Under the pieces are notes generated by a model, which was given only the letters and a program-made list of their open reading frames with translations, had not been told where the DNA came from and did no database searches. Positions 1-9,225 of a DNA stretch of 64,000 bases are shown here, piece by piece (the first letter of the stretch is position 1; every line of letters starts with the position of its first letter). The stretch lies in the NCBI GenBank assembly GCA_963662655.2, contig CAXXTU010000002.1, forward strand, positions 1,024,001 to 1,088,000, given 5' to 3'. The position numbers and the translations under genes are program-made. The DNA is from Candidatus Cloacimonadales bacterium (GTDB taxonomy: Bacteria; Cloacimonadota; Cloacimonadia; Cloacimonadales; JAIOQZ01).

Positions 1-207
1 AGGTATCGTTGAAATCGGGGTGGGATTCATCAGGTCCGTGACATCGTAGAGGATTAATGCTCCATCAAGGTTGTTTGCCACCAGCAAATCGCCACTTCTT
101 GAAAGCAACGTCATCATTTCCGTTTCGGAACTGCCGGAGATATGGATTACCCCCAGCAAGCAATAACAAAACGACACCAGTAATACGATTAACAATGCCC
201 TTCTCAT
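1..207 (-). CDS. 5' part of a secreted protein (runs off the window edge), possibly LVIVD-repeat-like
   Basis: Hand translation from ATG at 207, preceded by CAGGAG: MRRALLIVLLVSFCYCLLG...LLVANNLDGALILYDVTDLMNPTPISTIP; signal peptide plus LVIVD-like YDVTD..NP motif. Confidence 0.6.
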   Translation of the reverse strand, partial: MRRALLIVLLVSFCYCLLGVIHISGSSETEMMTLLSRSGDLLVANNLDGALILYDVTDLMNPTPISTIP

Positions 208-395
208 CGCCTATCTCCTGAATGATTGTGTAAGTAGTATGAGATGGCGTTAAAAGCTGTCAAGATTTTAATTATAAAATATCTGGAATCATTCGATTCT
301 TTAGATTTCATACGTCTTGTTTCCCTAACTTGATCCAGCACGGAATCGATTGCAGACTGTGTGGATCGTGTAGAAACCGCAAAATCATTCCTTCA

Positions 396-424
396 TTGAC
401 ACAAATGAATCCGATTCTCATTCT
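396..424 (+). promoter_or_regulatory. Putative sigma70 promoter of the hyp operon
   Basis: TTGACA (396-401), 17 nt, CATTCT (419-424); ATG follows 6 nt later. Confidence 0.45.
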
Positions 425-430
425 CGGAGC

Positions 431-2644
431 ATGAACAACCAGACATGGCATCGAATTACCGTTTGCGGCATCGTGCAGGGGGTGGGATTCCGTCCGTTCG
501 TCTATCGGATTGCGCACGAGATGGGGCTTCACGGGGAGGTGAAGAACTCTCCCGGCGGCGTCATCATCCATGTGCAGTGTACGCCAGGCGAGGTGGAGAG
601 ATTTATAGCGCGTATCCGGTCGGAAGCGCCGGTGGCGTCCCGTGTGGAGGATGTTCGCATCGAGCCGGCTGAAGCTCGCGACGCGGCGGGATTTCGCATA
701 GTTCCCAGCGGCAATGACCACGGGATTACGCTCATCTCGCCCGATCTGGCCACGTGCGATGCCTGCCTGAAAGAGATGCTTGATCCCAAGGATCCCCGCT
801 ATCGATACGCATTCATCAACTGCACCCACTGTGGCCCGCGCTATTCCATCATCCGCGATATCCCCTACGACAGACCGCTCACGACCATGCAGCCATTCGC
901 TATGTGCGATTACTGCAACAGTGAGTACACCGATCCGCTCAACCGCAGATTCCACGCGCAGCCTGTGGCGTGCCCGGAGTGCGGCCCCGCGCTACAACTG
1001 ATAAGCGAGGATGGAGATAAAATCGACGGAGATCCCGTCGAGAAAACGATCGAGCTGATTCTGGAGGGGAGAATCGTCGCGATCAAGGGAATCGGGGGCT
1101 TCCACCTTGCGTGCGATGCGCGCAACGAGCATGCTGTCAGGCGACTCCGCACGATGAAGCAGCGTCCCCACAAACCTTTTGCGGTGATGGCTCTGCCGGA
1201 ATGGGCGGGTAACGTCGCTGTGATCGATGAAGAGGCCGACAAACTGCTTCGCTCGACGCCTGCTCCAATTGTCATTCTCCCCAAGACGGATCGCTGCAAG
1301 CTGGCGGTAACGGTGGCGCCCGGATATCCCAACGTGGCTTTACTCTTTCCTTACGCTCCGGTTCACTGGCTGCTGCTGAACGACGACAATCCCTGCATGG
1401 TGATGACATCCGCCAACCGTAAGGGAGAACCCATCGCGAAAGAGGAGCGGGAAATCGCGGGTCTCTACGACGCATGCCTGACGCACGACCGCGCCATCCT
1501 AAATCCCTGCGACGACTCGGTTGTACGCCCCTATTCGAGTGGAACAACGCTCTTGAGAAGATCACGCGGCTATATTCCCGAACCGCTCGACATCCCCTTC
1601 GACATCCCGCCTGCCCTCGCCGTTGGCGCGGAGTTGAAAGCCGCCTTCGCGATTGGCAGCGGAAGGCGAGTTTTTCTGTCACCTTATCTGGGGAATGGGG
1701 CCAGTCGCGGTATGGAAAGATTTTTTGTGGAAACGCTGGAGAATTACAAACGCTGGTTTCGCGTGGTGCCGGAGATTGTCGTTTGCGACCGCCACCCTGA
1801 CTATTTCAGCAGTCGCTTTGCGCGCGAGACGGGACTACCGCACATCGAGGTGCAGCATCACCATGCCCATATCGCGGCAGTCATGGCGGAGCACGGTCTG
1901 GACGAATCGGTGATTGGCGTCGTTTACGACGGCACCGGCCTCGGTGACGACGGAACGATCTGGGGCGGCGAGATCATGCTGGCCGATTATTCGCAGTGCG
2001 AGAGGAAGTTTCACTTGATTCCCATGCCCCTCCCCGGGGGCGACGCTTCGGTCTTACGCCCTCAGCGAGCCGCGTTCGCCTGGCTGGATGGAGCGGATGA
2101 TTTCGGGCTGAGCGAAACGGAACGCAGAGTCGTCGAGCGACAGATCGCATCTGGATTCAACACGCCGCTATCCAGCGGAATGGGCAGGCTCTTCGATGTG
2201 GCCTCCGTTCTTCTGGGCTTTCGCGAGGCGATAACATTCGAAGCGCAGGCGGCAATGCAGTTGGAGAACCTCTGCAACAATGCCCTGCTCGAAACGGAGC
2301 CATACGACTACGGAATCGATTCGGGCGTTATCGATCATCGCAACATGCTTCATCAAATCCAGGTCGATGCTCGGGAGGGAGTCGCTAAAAACGTCATCGC
2401 CAGCCGGATGCATCGCACGATCGTTCACTGGACGCTCGAAGCGGTGAAACGTGTATACGTCGAATCGAGCGTACGGAAGATCGTCCTCTGCGGAGGCGTG
2501 ATGCAGAACAGGATTTTAATGGAAGGCTTGACAACTGAATTGTTTTCAGCAGGATTTGACGTATATCGCTCAGAGAAATATCCTTCGAACGATGGCGCGA
2601 TCGCCTTGGGGCAGATCGCCATCGCTGGAAAAGCAAAGAGGTAA
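431..2644 (+). CDS. hypF: Carbamoyltransferase HypF
   Basis: Acylphosphatase N-terminus (GIVQGVGFRPF), two CxxC zinc fingers, KGIGGFHL, QHHHAH and DGTGLG motifs, NDGAIALGQ. Confidence 0.97.
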   Translation: MNNQTWHRITVCGIVQGVGFRPFVYRIAHEMGLHGEVKNSPGGVIIHVQCTPGEVERFIARIRSEAPVASRVEDVRIEPAEARDAAGFRIVPSGNDHGITLISPDLATCDACLKEMLDPKDPRYRYAFINCTHCGPRYSIIRDIPYDRPLTTMQPFAMCDYCNSEYTDPLNRRFHAQPVACPECGPALQLISEDGDKIDGDPVEKTIELILEGRIVAIKGIGGFHLACDARNEHAVRRLRTMKQRPHKPFAVMALPEWAGNVAVIDEEADKLLRSTPAPIVILPKTDRCKLAVTVAPGYPNVALLFPYAPVHWLLLNDDNPCMVMTSANRKGEPIAKEEREIAGLYDACLTHDRAILNPCDDSVVRPYSSGTTLLRRSRGYIPEPLDIPFDIPPALAVGAELKAAFAIGSGRRVFLSPYLGNGASRGMERFFVETLENYKRWFRVVPEIVVCDRHPDYFSSRFARETGLPHIEVQHHHAHIAAVMAEHGLDESVIGVVYDGTGLGDDGTIWGGEIMLADYSQCERKFHLIPMPLPGGDASVLRPQRAAFAWLDGADDFGLSETERRVVERQIASGFNTPLSSGMGRLFDVASVLLGFREAITFEAQAAMQLENLCNNALLETEPYDYGIDSGVIDHRNMLHQIQVDAREGVAKNVIASRMHRTIVHWTLEAVKRVYVESSVRKIVLCGGVMQNRILMEGLTTELFSAGFDVYRSEKYPSNDGAIALGQIAIAGKAKR

Positions 2645-2646
2645 CC

Positions 2647-2874
2647 ATGTGTCTGGCAATTCCAGGTAAAATCGTCGCAACCGGTGCCGAAAGCGGCACC
2701 GTAGATTTCGGAGGCGTTCATCGCGAAATCTCGCTGGTCTTCGTCCCGGAAGCAGTAACCGGCGACTGGGTGCTGGTGCACACCGGCTACGCCATGAGCA
2801 TCCTCTCCGAGCAGGAGGCCCTCGAAACCATTAGCCTGATCGAAGCGCGCTATGGAACAGCCTCCCTTTCCTGA
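2647..2874 (+). CDS. hypC: Hydrogenase maturation chaperone HypC
   Basis: MCLAIPGK start, GDWVLVHTGYA. Confidence 0.96.
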   Translation: MCLAIPGKIVATGAESGTVDFGGVHREISLVFVPEAVTGDWVLVHTGYAMSILSEQEALETISLIEARYGTASLS

Positions 2875-3919
2875 GAAAGCATTCCGCGATCCCGCGAAGG
2901 TACGTGCTGTTGTAAATCAGCTTCACAAGAATCAAGTTTCCGCGCGCATCATGGAAGTGTGCGGAACGCATACCATGTCAATAGGCAAATGGGGGTTACG
3001 TAAAATGCTCCCCGATTCGATCCGGCTCATCTCCGGCCCGGGCTGCCCCGTCTGCGTTACACCATCATCTTTTATCGACGCGCTGGCCGGAATATCGGGG
3101 GCGACAATATGCGTGTTCGGCGACCTGATGCGCGTGCCGGGTAACCTTGGAACGATCGAGGACGCGCGCTCCCGTGGAAGAGACATCCGTATGATCTATT
3201 CTCCGCTGCAAGCGCTCGAGATCGCCCGTGAAAGGGAGGTCATGCTGGCTGCCATTGGATTCGAGACAACCATTCCCGGAATCGCCCACACGATTGTCTC
3301 CGCTGCGGAAGAGGGGATCGAAAACTTCTCCGTGCTGTGCTCGCTCAAGCAGATTCCACCGGCGTTGAATGCCTTGCTGCGAAGCGAGGAGGTCCGGGTG
3401 GACGGATTCATTCTGCCCGGTCATGTCTGCACCGTCCTGGGCGTTGAGCCTTTTGAATTCCTACCCGAGGAGTTCGGCGTGGGGGGCGTTATCACCGGCT
3501 TCGAGCCGCTGGATATTCTCGATTCGATTTCCCTAATCATCGGCATGCGAGAATCTCCCGGGATTCACAACCGATATACAAGAGTCGTTTCGTCGGCTGG
3601 AAATCCCCACGCGAGGAGGATGATCGACGAGGTCTTCGAGACGGACGACGCGCTCTGGCGCGGCTTGGGGATGATTGAGAATTCAGGCTACTCGCTCCGA
3701 GAGAAGTACAGCAGATTCGATGCACGACGCAAGTACAACATCGCGATTACCGAAGCAAGCGAACCCGTTGGCTGCCGTTGCGCCGATGTCCTGAAGGGAA
3801 TCATAACACCGGAGCAATGCCCGTTGTTCGCGAAAACCTGCTCGCCGCAAAATCCGGTGGGACCGTGCATGGTCTCCTCCGAAGGAAGCTGCGCAGCCTA
3901 TTACCGCTATGAAAGATGA
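2852..3919 (+). CDS. hypD: Hydrogenase maturation protein HypD
   Basis: MEVCGTHT, GPGCPVC, PGHV, GFEP, GPCMVSSEGSC. Confidence 0.97.
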   Translation: MEQPPFPEKAFRDPAKVRAVVNQLHKNQVSARIMEVCGTHTMSIGKWGLRKMLPDSIRLISGPGCPVCVTPSSFIDALAGISGATICVFGDLMRVPGNLGTIEDARSRGRDIRMIYSPLQALEIAREREVMLAAIGFETTIPGIAHTIVSAAEEGIENFSVLCSLKQIPPALNALLRSEEVRVDGFILPGHVCTVLGVEPFEFLPEEFGVGGVITGFEPLDILDSISLIIGMRESPGIHNRYTRVVSSAGNPHARRMIDEVFETDDALWRGLGMIENSGYSLREKYSRFDARRKYNIAITEASEPVGCRCADVLKGIITPEQCPLFAKTCSPQNPVGPCMVSSEGSCAAYYRYER

Positions 3920-4892
3920 TACGATAAAACTCAGCCACGGAAGCGGCGGCAACATGACGCGTCGGCTGATCGACGAAGTGATGAACGACCGCTTTCAGAT
4001 GCCGTCCCTCAGCGATTCCGCGCTGATCGGCGGAAGAATGGTCTCCACCATTGACGCCCATGTCGTCAAACCGCTCTTCTTCCCCGGAGGCGATATTGGC
4101 CGCCTCAGCGTGACCGGAACCGTTAACGACCTCGCCGTTGCAGGCGCAAAACCGCTCTCGATCTTCATCGCGTACATCATCGAGGAAGGATTTCCCATCG
4201 AGCAGCTCCGTAGGATCACCGATTCGGTACAAAGAGCCGCACTGGAGGCCGGTGTCAAAATACTCGGCGGAGACACCAAGGTGGTGGAACACGGCAAGGC
4301 GGACGGGCTCTATCTCATCACCTCCGGAATCGGAATGCTACACGAAGGCTACCACCCGAACGGTTGCACGATTCGCGATGGCGACCACGTCATCGTCAGC
4401 GGAACGCTGGGCGACCACGCGATTGCGGTAATCAACGAGCGGGAATCCCTCGGACTAACCCCACCGCCCGAGAGCGATTGCGCGCCGCTCAATCACCTGA
4501 TATCCACGATGCTTGAATGCGCCGACATCCGGTTCATGCGAGATCCCACGCGCGGTGGACTCGCCACCGTACTCAACGAAATCGCTCAAGACCAGCATCA
4601 GGGATTCCTACTGCGAGAGGACGCCATTCCCTTCAAACCATCGATCCGAGCAGCCTCGGGACTCCTGGGCATCGATCCGCTCTACCTGGCCAACGAGGGC
4701 AAGGTCGTCGCGATCGTTCGCGGCGAGGTGGACAAGCTCATCGCCCGGATGCGCAAGCACCCATTGGGGAAAGACGCCGCGGTCATCGGGGCGGTGACCG
4801 GCGAGGCCGGGAGAGTGTATCTCGAAACGGCGATCGGGAGCGTTCGTCAGCTCCCCATGCTGGAATCGGATCCCCTGCCGAGGATTTGCTGA
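3909..4892 (+). CDS. hypE: Hydrogenase maturation protein HypE
   Basis: HGSGG, GDTKVV, RDPTRGG, C-terminal LPRIC. Confidence 0.97.
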   Translation: MKDDTIKLSHGSGGNMTRRLIDEVMNDRFQMPSLSDSALIGGRMVSTIDAHVVKPLFFPGGDIGRLSVTGTVNDLAVAGAKPLSIFIAYIIEEGFPIEQLRRITDSVQRAALEAGVKILGGDTKVVEHGKADGLYLITSGIGMLHEGYHPNGCTIRDGDHVIVSGTLGDHAIAVINERESLGLTPPPESDCAPLNHLISTMLECADIRFMRDPTRGGLATVLNEIAQDQHQGFLLREDAIPFKPSIRAASGLLGIDPLYLANEGKVVAIVRGEVDKLIARMRKHPLGKDAAVIGAVTGEAGRVYLETAIGSVRQLPMLESDPLPRIC

Positions 4893-5242
4893 TGCACGAG
4901 GCTTCCATCGTTCAATCCATCTTCGAATCGACTGCCGAAAGCATGAGGAAGGAGGGATTATCCCGCGTGACACGCATCAAAATCGCTGTCGGCGGAATGC
5001 ACCACCTCGTGCCGGAGGTCATGAACCACTACTTTGACCTGATGAAGCAGGAGTGGAGCGGCTTCGAAACCGCAATACTGGTTATGGATATCATCGATGT
5101 GAAGGTGCGTTGCAGAAAATGCGGATGGTTTGGCCCGGTGGAACCTCCCATCTTCATGTGCGAACATTGCAATTCATTCGAAACAGACATGATACAGGGG
5201 AAGGAGCTGCTCATCGAGTCCATCCGGGGCGAGGCAGACTAA
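4892..5242 (+). CDS. hypA: Hydrogenase nickel insertion protein HypA
   Basis: Start reassigned to ATG 4892 overlapping the hypE stop (TGATG); MHEASI start, two CxxC pairs, GKELLIESI. Confidence 0.93.
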   Translation: MHEASIVQSIFESTAESMRKEGLSRVTRIKIAVGGMHHLVPEVMNHYFDLMKQEWSGFETAILVMDIIDVKVRCRKCGWFGPVEPPIFMCEHCNSFETDMIQGKELLIESIRGEAD

Positions 5243-5332
5243 CATCTTTTTAACTTTTGCGCAATTCGCTCAAATAACTTTACAACTCTGCGTCGTTTGC
5301 CAATATGGCATTCTTGAGTAAATCAAAATCAA

Positions 5333-6814
5333 ATGGAGGTACTTGTGAAATACCATTGGTCAGATACCTATAAGGATCAGGAAGTCATGGTTGTTTTCGG
5401 GTTTAACGATTACCGCCTGGATACAACGAACTTTCCCGAATCTCTCATGAAAGCCATCAATCGTCTCGCGGCAGATAAGGACTGGAAGTGGGACGCAGGC
5501 GAAACGAAAACGTTCAATCTTATCGATCCGGCAATAACCATCCATGCGATCGGCTTGGGTAAAAAGGAAGAAACAAACGGTTTCAAGCTCCGTAAAGCCG
5601 CGGCCCATCTCGCGAAGAGACTGAAGAAAGAGCGGAACGCGTCCGCAGCGATTTTCCTCAATAATCTCTCAGTGAAAAGCCCGGCAGCCGAAGCAGCACG
5701 TCTGATCGCCGAGTCGATGGGAATCGCCGTATATGAGTTCAAGAAATACAAGACCAAGAAAGATGACGAAAAGAAAGCCAAGGCTTGCGATGTCACCTTC
5801 GTCAGCAGTGAGAAGATTCCAGCGACTGTTCTGAAGGAAGCCGAGATCGCTGTCAAGGCGACCAATCTTGCTCGCGATCTCGTGAACGAACCCGCGAATG
5901 AACTTCTGCCGGTCGAGCTGGCGGATCGCGCTGTGAAAGCGGGAAAGGATCACGGATTCGAGGTTGCTGTTTTCGACGAAAAGGAAATCCGGAAAATGAA
6001 GATGGACGCCTTCTGGTCGGTAGCGATGGGCTCGGACAATCCCCCGCGCCTCATCGTCATGCGCTGGCTGGGCAACGACAAGGATAAAGAAAACATCACC
6101 GCGCTGGTGGGAAAAGGTCTCACCTACGATAGCGGCGGATACGCGTTGAAGCCTGCTACCGGAATGGTCACGATGAAAGGCGACATGGGCGGATCGGCCT
6201 CGGTCATCGGCGCGATGTGCATGATCGCCAAGCTCAAGCTCAAGATTAACGTCGTCGGCGTTGTCGCAGCATGCGAGAACATGGTTTCGGGCCGCGCATA
6301 CCGCAATGGCGACATCATCGGCTCCATGGCAGGGAAGACAATCGAAGTCGGCAACACGGACGCCGAAGGGCGCCTCACGCTGGTTGATGCCGTTACGTAC
6401 GCCATCGAGAAAGAGAAGGCCACGCGCGTTGTTGACATCGCGACCCTCACCGGCGCTGCCGTCATCGCGTTGGGCAACATTCGCATCGGCGTTCTCAGCA
6501 ACAACGACGAGCTCTACCAGACGCTCGAAAAAGCCTCCGATTTCAGTGGAGAACGCATCTGGCGTCTCCCCCACGACGACGAATATCGCGATCAGCTCAA
6601 GTCCGATATCGCCGACCTCAAGAACGTCGGAGGTCGCGGAGCAGGAACCGTCACCGCGGGGCTCTTCATCCGCGATTTCGTGCAGGACAAGCCCTGGCTC
6701 CATCTGGATATCGCCGGGAAAGCCTTCGCCGACAACGATAACACGTTCGGACCCGCCGGCGGAACAGGAAGCGGCGTGCGCTTGCTGTATTCCCTGGTGA
6801 AAAATCTCGTATAA
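5333..6814 (+). CDS. pepA: Leucyl aminopeptidase (M17); true start may be GTG 5345 after GGAGG
   Basis: GKGLTYDSGG, MKGDMGG, NTDAEGRL, DIATLTGA, WLHLDIAG. Confidence 0.96.
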   Translation: MEVLVKYHWSDTYKDQEVMVVFGFNDYRLDTTNFPESLMKAINRLAADKDWKWDAGETKTFNLIDPAITIHAIGLGKKEETNGFKLRKAAAHLAKRLKKERNASAAIFLNNLSVKSPAAEAARLIAESMGIAVYEFKKYKTKKDDEKKAKACDVTFVSSEKIPATVLKEAEIAVKATNLARDLVNEPANELLPVELADRAVKAGKDHGFEVAVFDEKEIRKMKMDAFWSVAMGSDNPPRLIVMRWLGNDKDKENITALVGKGLTYDSGGYALKPATGMVTMKGDMGGSASVIGAMCMIAKLKLKINVVGVVAACENMVSGRAYRNGDIIGSMAGKTIEVGNTDAEGRLTLVDAVTYAIEKEKATRVVDIATLTGAAVIALGNIRIGVLSNNDELYQTLEKASDFSGERIWRLPHDDEYRDQLKSDIADLKNVGGRGAGTVTAGLFIRDFVQDKPWLHLDIAGKAFADNDNTFGPAGGTGSGVRLLYSLVKNLV

Positions 6815-6875
6815 TCTACAATAACTTAAATATATTAAAACCTGCCGTAGTTGCTGCGGCAGGTTTTTTCAATCT
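6775..6875 (+). repeat. Direct repeat copy 1: pepA 3' end plus terminator
   Basis: About 100-bp imperfect direct repeat of 11516-11612. Confidence 0.9.
6837..6869 (+). terminator. Intrinsic terminator of pepA
   Basis: AAAACCTGCCGTAG-TTG-CTGCGGCAGGTTTTTT. Confidence 0.85.
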
Positions 6876-6917
6876 ATTGATGTCCCTGAACAGTTAGCAT
6901 CGAGTTTCGTCAACGAG

Positions 6918-6950
6918 TGAAAAGGCTCCGAGTCACTTCGGAGCCTTTCA
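6918..6950 (-). terminator. Intrinsic terminator of the CTD gene ending at 6985
   Basis: AAAGGCTCCGA/TCGGAGCCTTT hairpin with a U-tract on the minus strand. Confidence 0.7.
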
Positions 6951-6984
6951 TTATGTCCAGGTTATCGATGAAGATATCCTGGGT

Positions 6985-9077
6985 CTATTTCAATAGCAGC
7001 ATCTTCTGTGCCTTCGATTTTCCGCAGGACTCCAGCCGGTACAGATAGATGCCCGACGACACGTTTTTGCCGCACTCGTTGTCGCCGTTCCAGATGGCCT
7101 TGTGCGATCCGGCTTCGAGGTGATCGTTCACCAACGTTTTCACCAATTGACCTTTGATGTTATACACCTTCAACACGACTTTGTCGTCCTTCGGGATCGA
7201 GAACGAGATCGTCGTGGTAGGATTGAAGGGGTTGGGGAAATTCTGCGCCATGGTGATGGTGTATTGCTGGATGAGGTTGTCGTAGTCGTGCGCGTCAAGG
7301 CTTTGCATGGCGATGTCGCGGTAGGTCGGAGAACCTTGTTCGACCACGATGCCGCTGAACTGCTGGTCTTCGTAATAAAAGCGTTCAACGTTGAGCGTGA
7401 AGACGCCCGGCCCGGTCAGGATTCGGAACCAGCCGGTGCTGTCGCTCCACTCGGGGAACTGCACGCCATCGACGGTGATCTTCGCGATATCCAGCGGCGT
7501 AACGCCGTCTTCCTCGTACACGTAGCCTTCGATACCGCCCCAGAAGGGTGCGCCGTACTCGTAAGCGCCAATATCGATGGTGGCCACGCCGTCGCCGTCG
7601 CCGTCCCATACGCGCACGTTGCCCAGAATATCCGTGGGCGGATAATTCCCGTCCGGCATACCGGCGTCGATGCACGGACTGCCCTCCGCCAGGCTGTAGT
7701 CGCCGTTCAGCGTATCCGCGAACATCGGATCGTCCCCGATGATGTTGCCGCCGCCGTCGGTGACGAAATCAGGGAATGGATGGTTCATGAAATTATAGCT
7801 CAGGATCGTCTCTGGACCACCCCACGCCATTGTTTCTGCTGTGGCGCATAGAATATTATTGTACACTAAGTAATCGTAGGACTCGGTTCCGAAACAGGAT
7901 GTATAATTGGTGTTATATGTGTTATTAAACATAGTGCAGTCGGCAAAAGTTGGATACAAAAACGAATAACCGGTGAACAGATTATTGTATATAACATTGG
8001 GATTTTCTGGTTGATAAAATGTATCGCTGGACGATGTATACACCACATTGTTACACACAATCGTCGAATCGGCATTGCGATCGTTAATATCGACATTTCC
8101 ATAGAAGATATTGTCGGAAATGACGTGATTATCTGTACATGAAGTCGTCATGGGATTACCGGTAGATGTGTCGTAAATGTAATTCTTCCTGGAGTAGCTC
8201 ATATTATCTGGATACCCACCACCTCCACATGCGCTCCAGTTAATGAACACTCCGCCATATACGCACCTGAACGATTGATTTCTTTGGGAATCCTCCTCTT
8301 CCGGAAGAACCAAGTCGTAATCTTCGTAATTGTTGTGGTAATTAAAAACCAGCTGATTGATTAGCCCCCCCCCTGAAATGATCCTGCTCCAAAAGGAAAA
8401 GAAATGTTTACAAAGCGACACCTGGCAGCAATAAGTTGCGGTCTTATTTCGGTATCCGAAACGCCATTAGCAATGATTCCTAAATAACAGCTATCATCGG
8501 CGAATTGAGCTTCTTCGGTTGCCTCGAATGCACATCTATAAATCATGGTATCGTTGTGAAGATCATAACAATAAATACCTGTCTGGCAATTCGTGAAGGA
8601 GCAGTACTCAATTCGAGGGTCACCGGAATCGACACAAATTGCACCAACCGAATCCAAACCTCCAGGAACGACATTTTGGTAAGCGCTATAAAAATCACAA
8701 TACTTGAAAACAGGAGCTTCTGCGCCTTCAAGAATAAAGATACCGCCCCATGCATAACCTTCTGTATCGGGGTATCGTGTGAATGTTATCGGTTCTTCTT
8801 CGGTACCGATCGCTACGATCTTACCGGTGATATAGAATATCTTCGCTTCCGCCTCTCCGCTATTGTCAACTCTGAATTCTTGATAGTTTTGTGCCGGCCT
8901 GGCCCTCATTTGAATATCGCATCCAGGAAGAATTGTAAGGGTTGCGTTTGAATGGACATAGACGTTTTCTTCGAAGATATACGGATTGCTTCTGCGATCC
9001 CAAACGGTGTCCTCGTAGATGTGAAGCGCGTGCAGGAGTGTGATTGAGAGCAGGAAGAGTAGCAGTGTGCGTTTCAT
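6985..9077 (-). CDS. Secreted surface protein (beta-helix-like region, carboxypeptidase-regulatory-like Ig domain, FlgD-Ig CTD) split by a frameshift at a G9 tract
   Basis: ORF 8361-9077 has a signal peptide (MKRTLLLFLLSITLLHA) and GGAGG RBS; ORF 6985-8421 has DPMF..GDYSLAEGSPCIDAG...DIGAYEY and the CTD; frames join at the C9 run 8365-8373. Confidence 0.8.
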
Positions 9078-9087
9078 TGGGGCCTCC

Positions 9088-9223
9088 AAACTCCCCCAAA
9101 CCCCCTCTTGGAATCAAGAGGGGGCTTAAGGAAGGTTTTCACGTCGTTAACAGTTTATCGTCAAACATCTTACCCTTGCCAAGTCCCTCTCTTCATTCGA
9201 AGAGAGGGATTTAGGGTGAGTTT
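9088..9223. repeat. Inverted pair of BoxC/REP-like palindromic units
   Basis: AAACTCCCCCAAACCCCCTCTTG-GAAT-CAAGAGGGGGCTT (9088-9127) and its inverted homologue AAGTCCCTCTCTT-CATTCG-AAGAGAGGGATTTAGGGTGAGTTT (9181-9223). Confidence 0.65.
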
Positions 9224-9225
9224 CT

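Noticed and set aside
320..379. Imperfect hairpin upstream of hypF as a nickel/cobalt riboswitch
   Set aside because: Single weak stem, no NiCo four-way junction, and it lies upstream of the predicted promoter
4517..4891. 241-aa ORF as an N-terminally extended HypA
   Set aside because: The extension overlaps hypE out of frame; the canonical MHE start is at 4892
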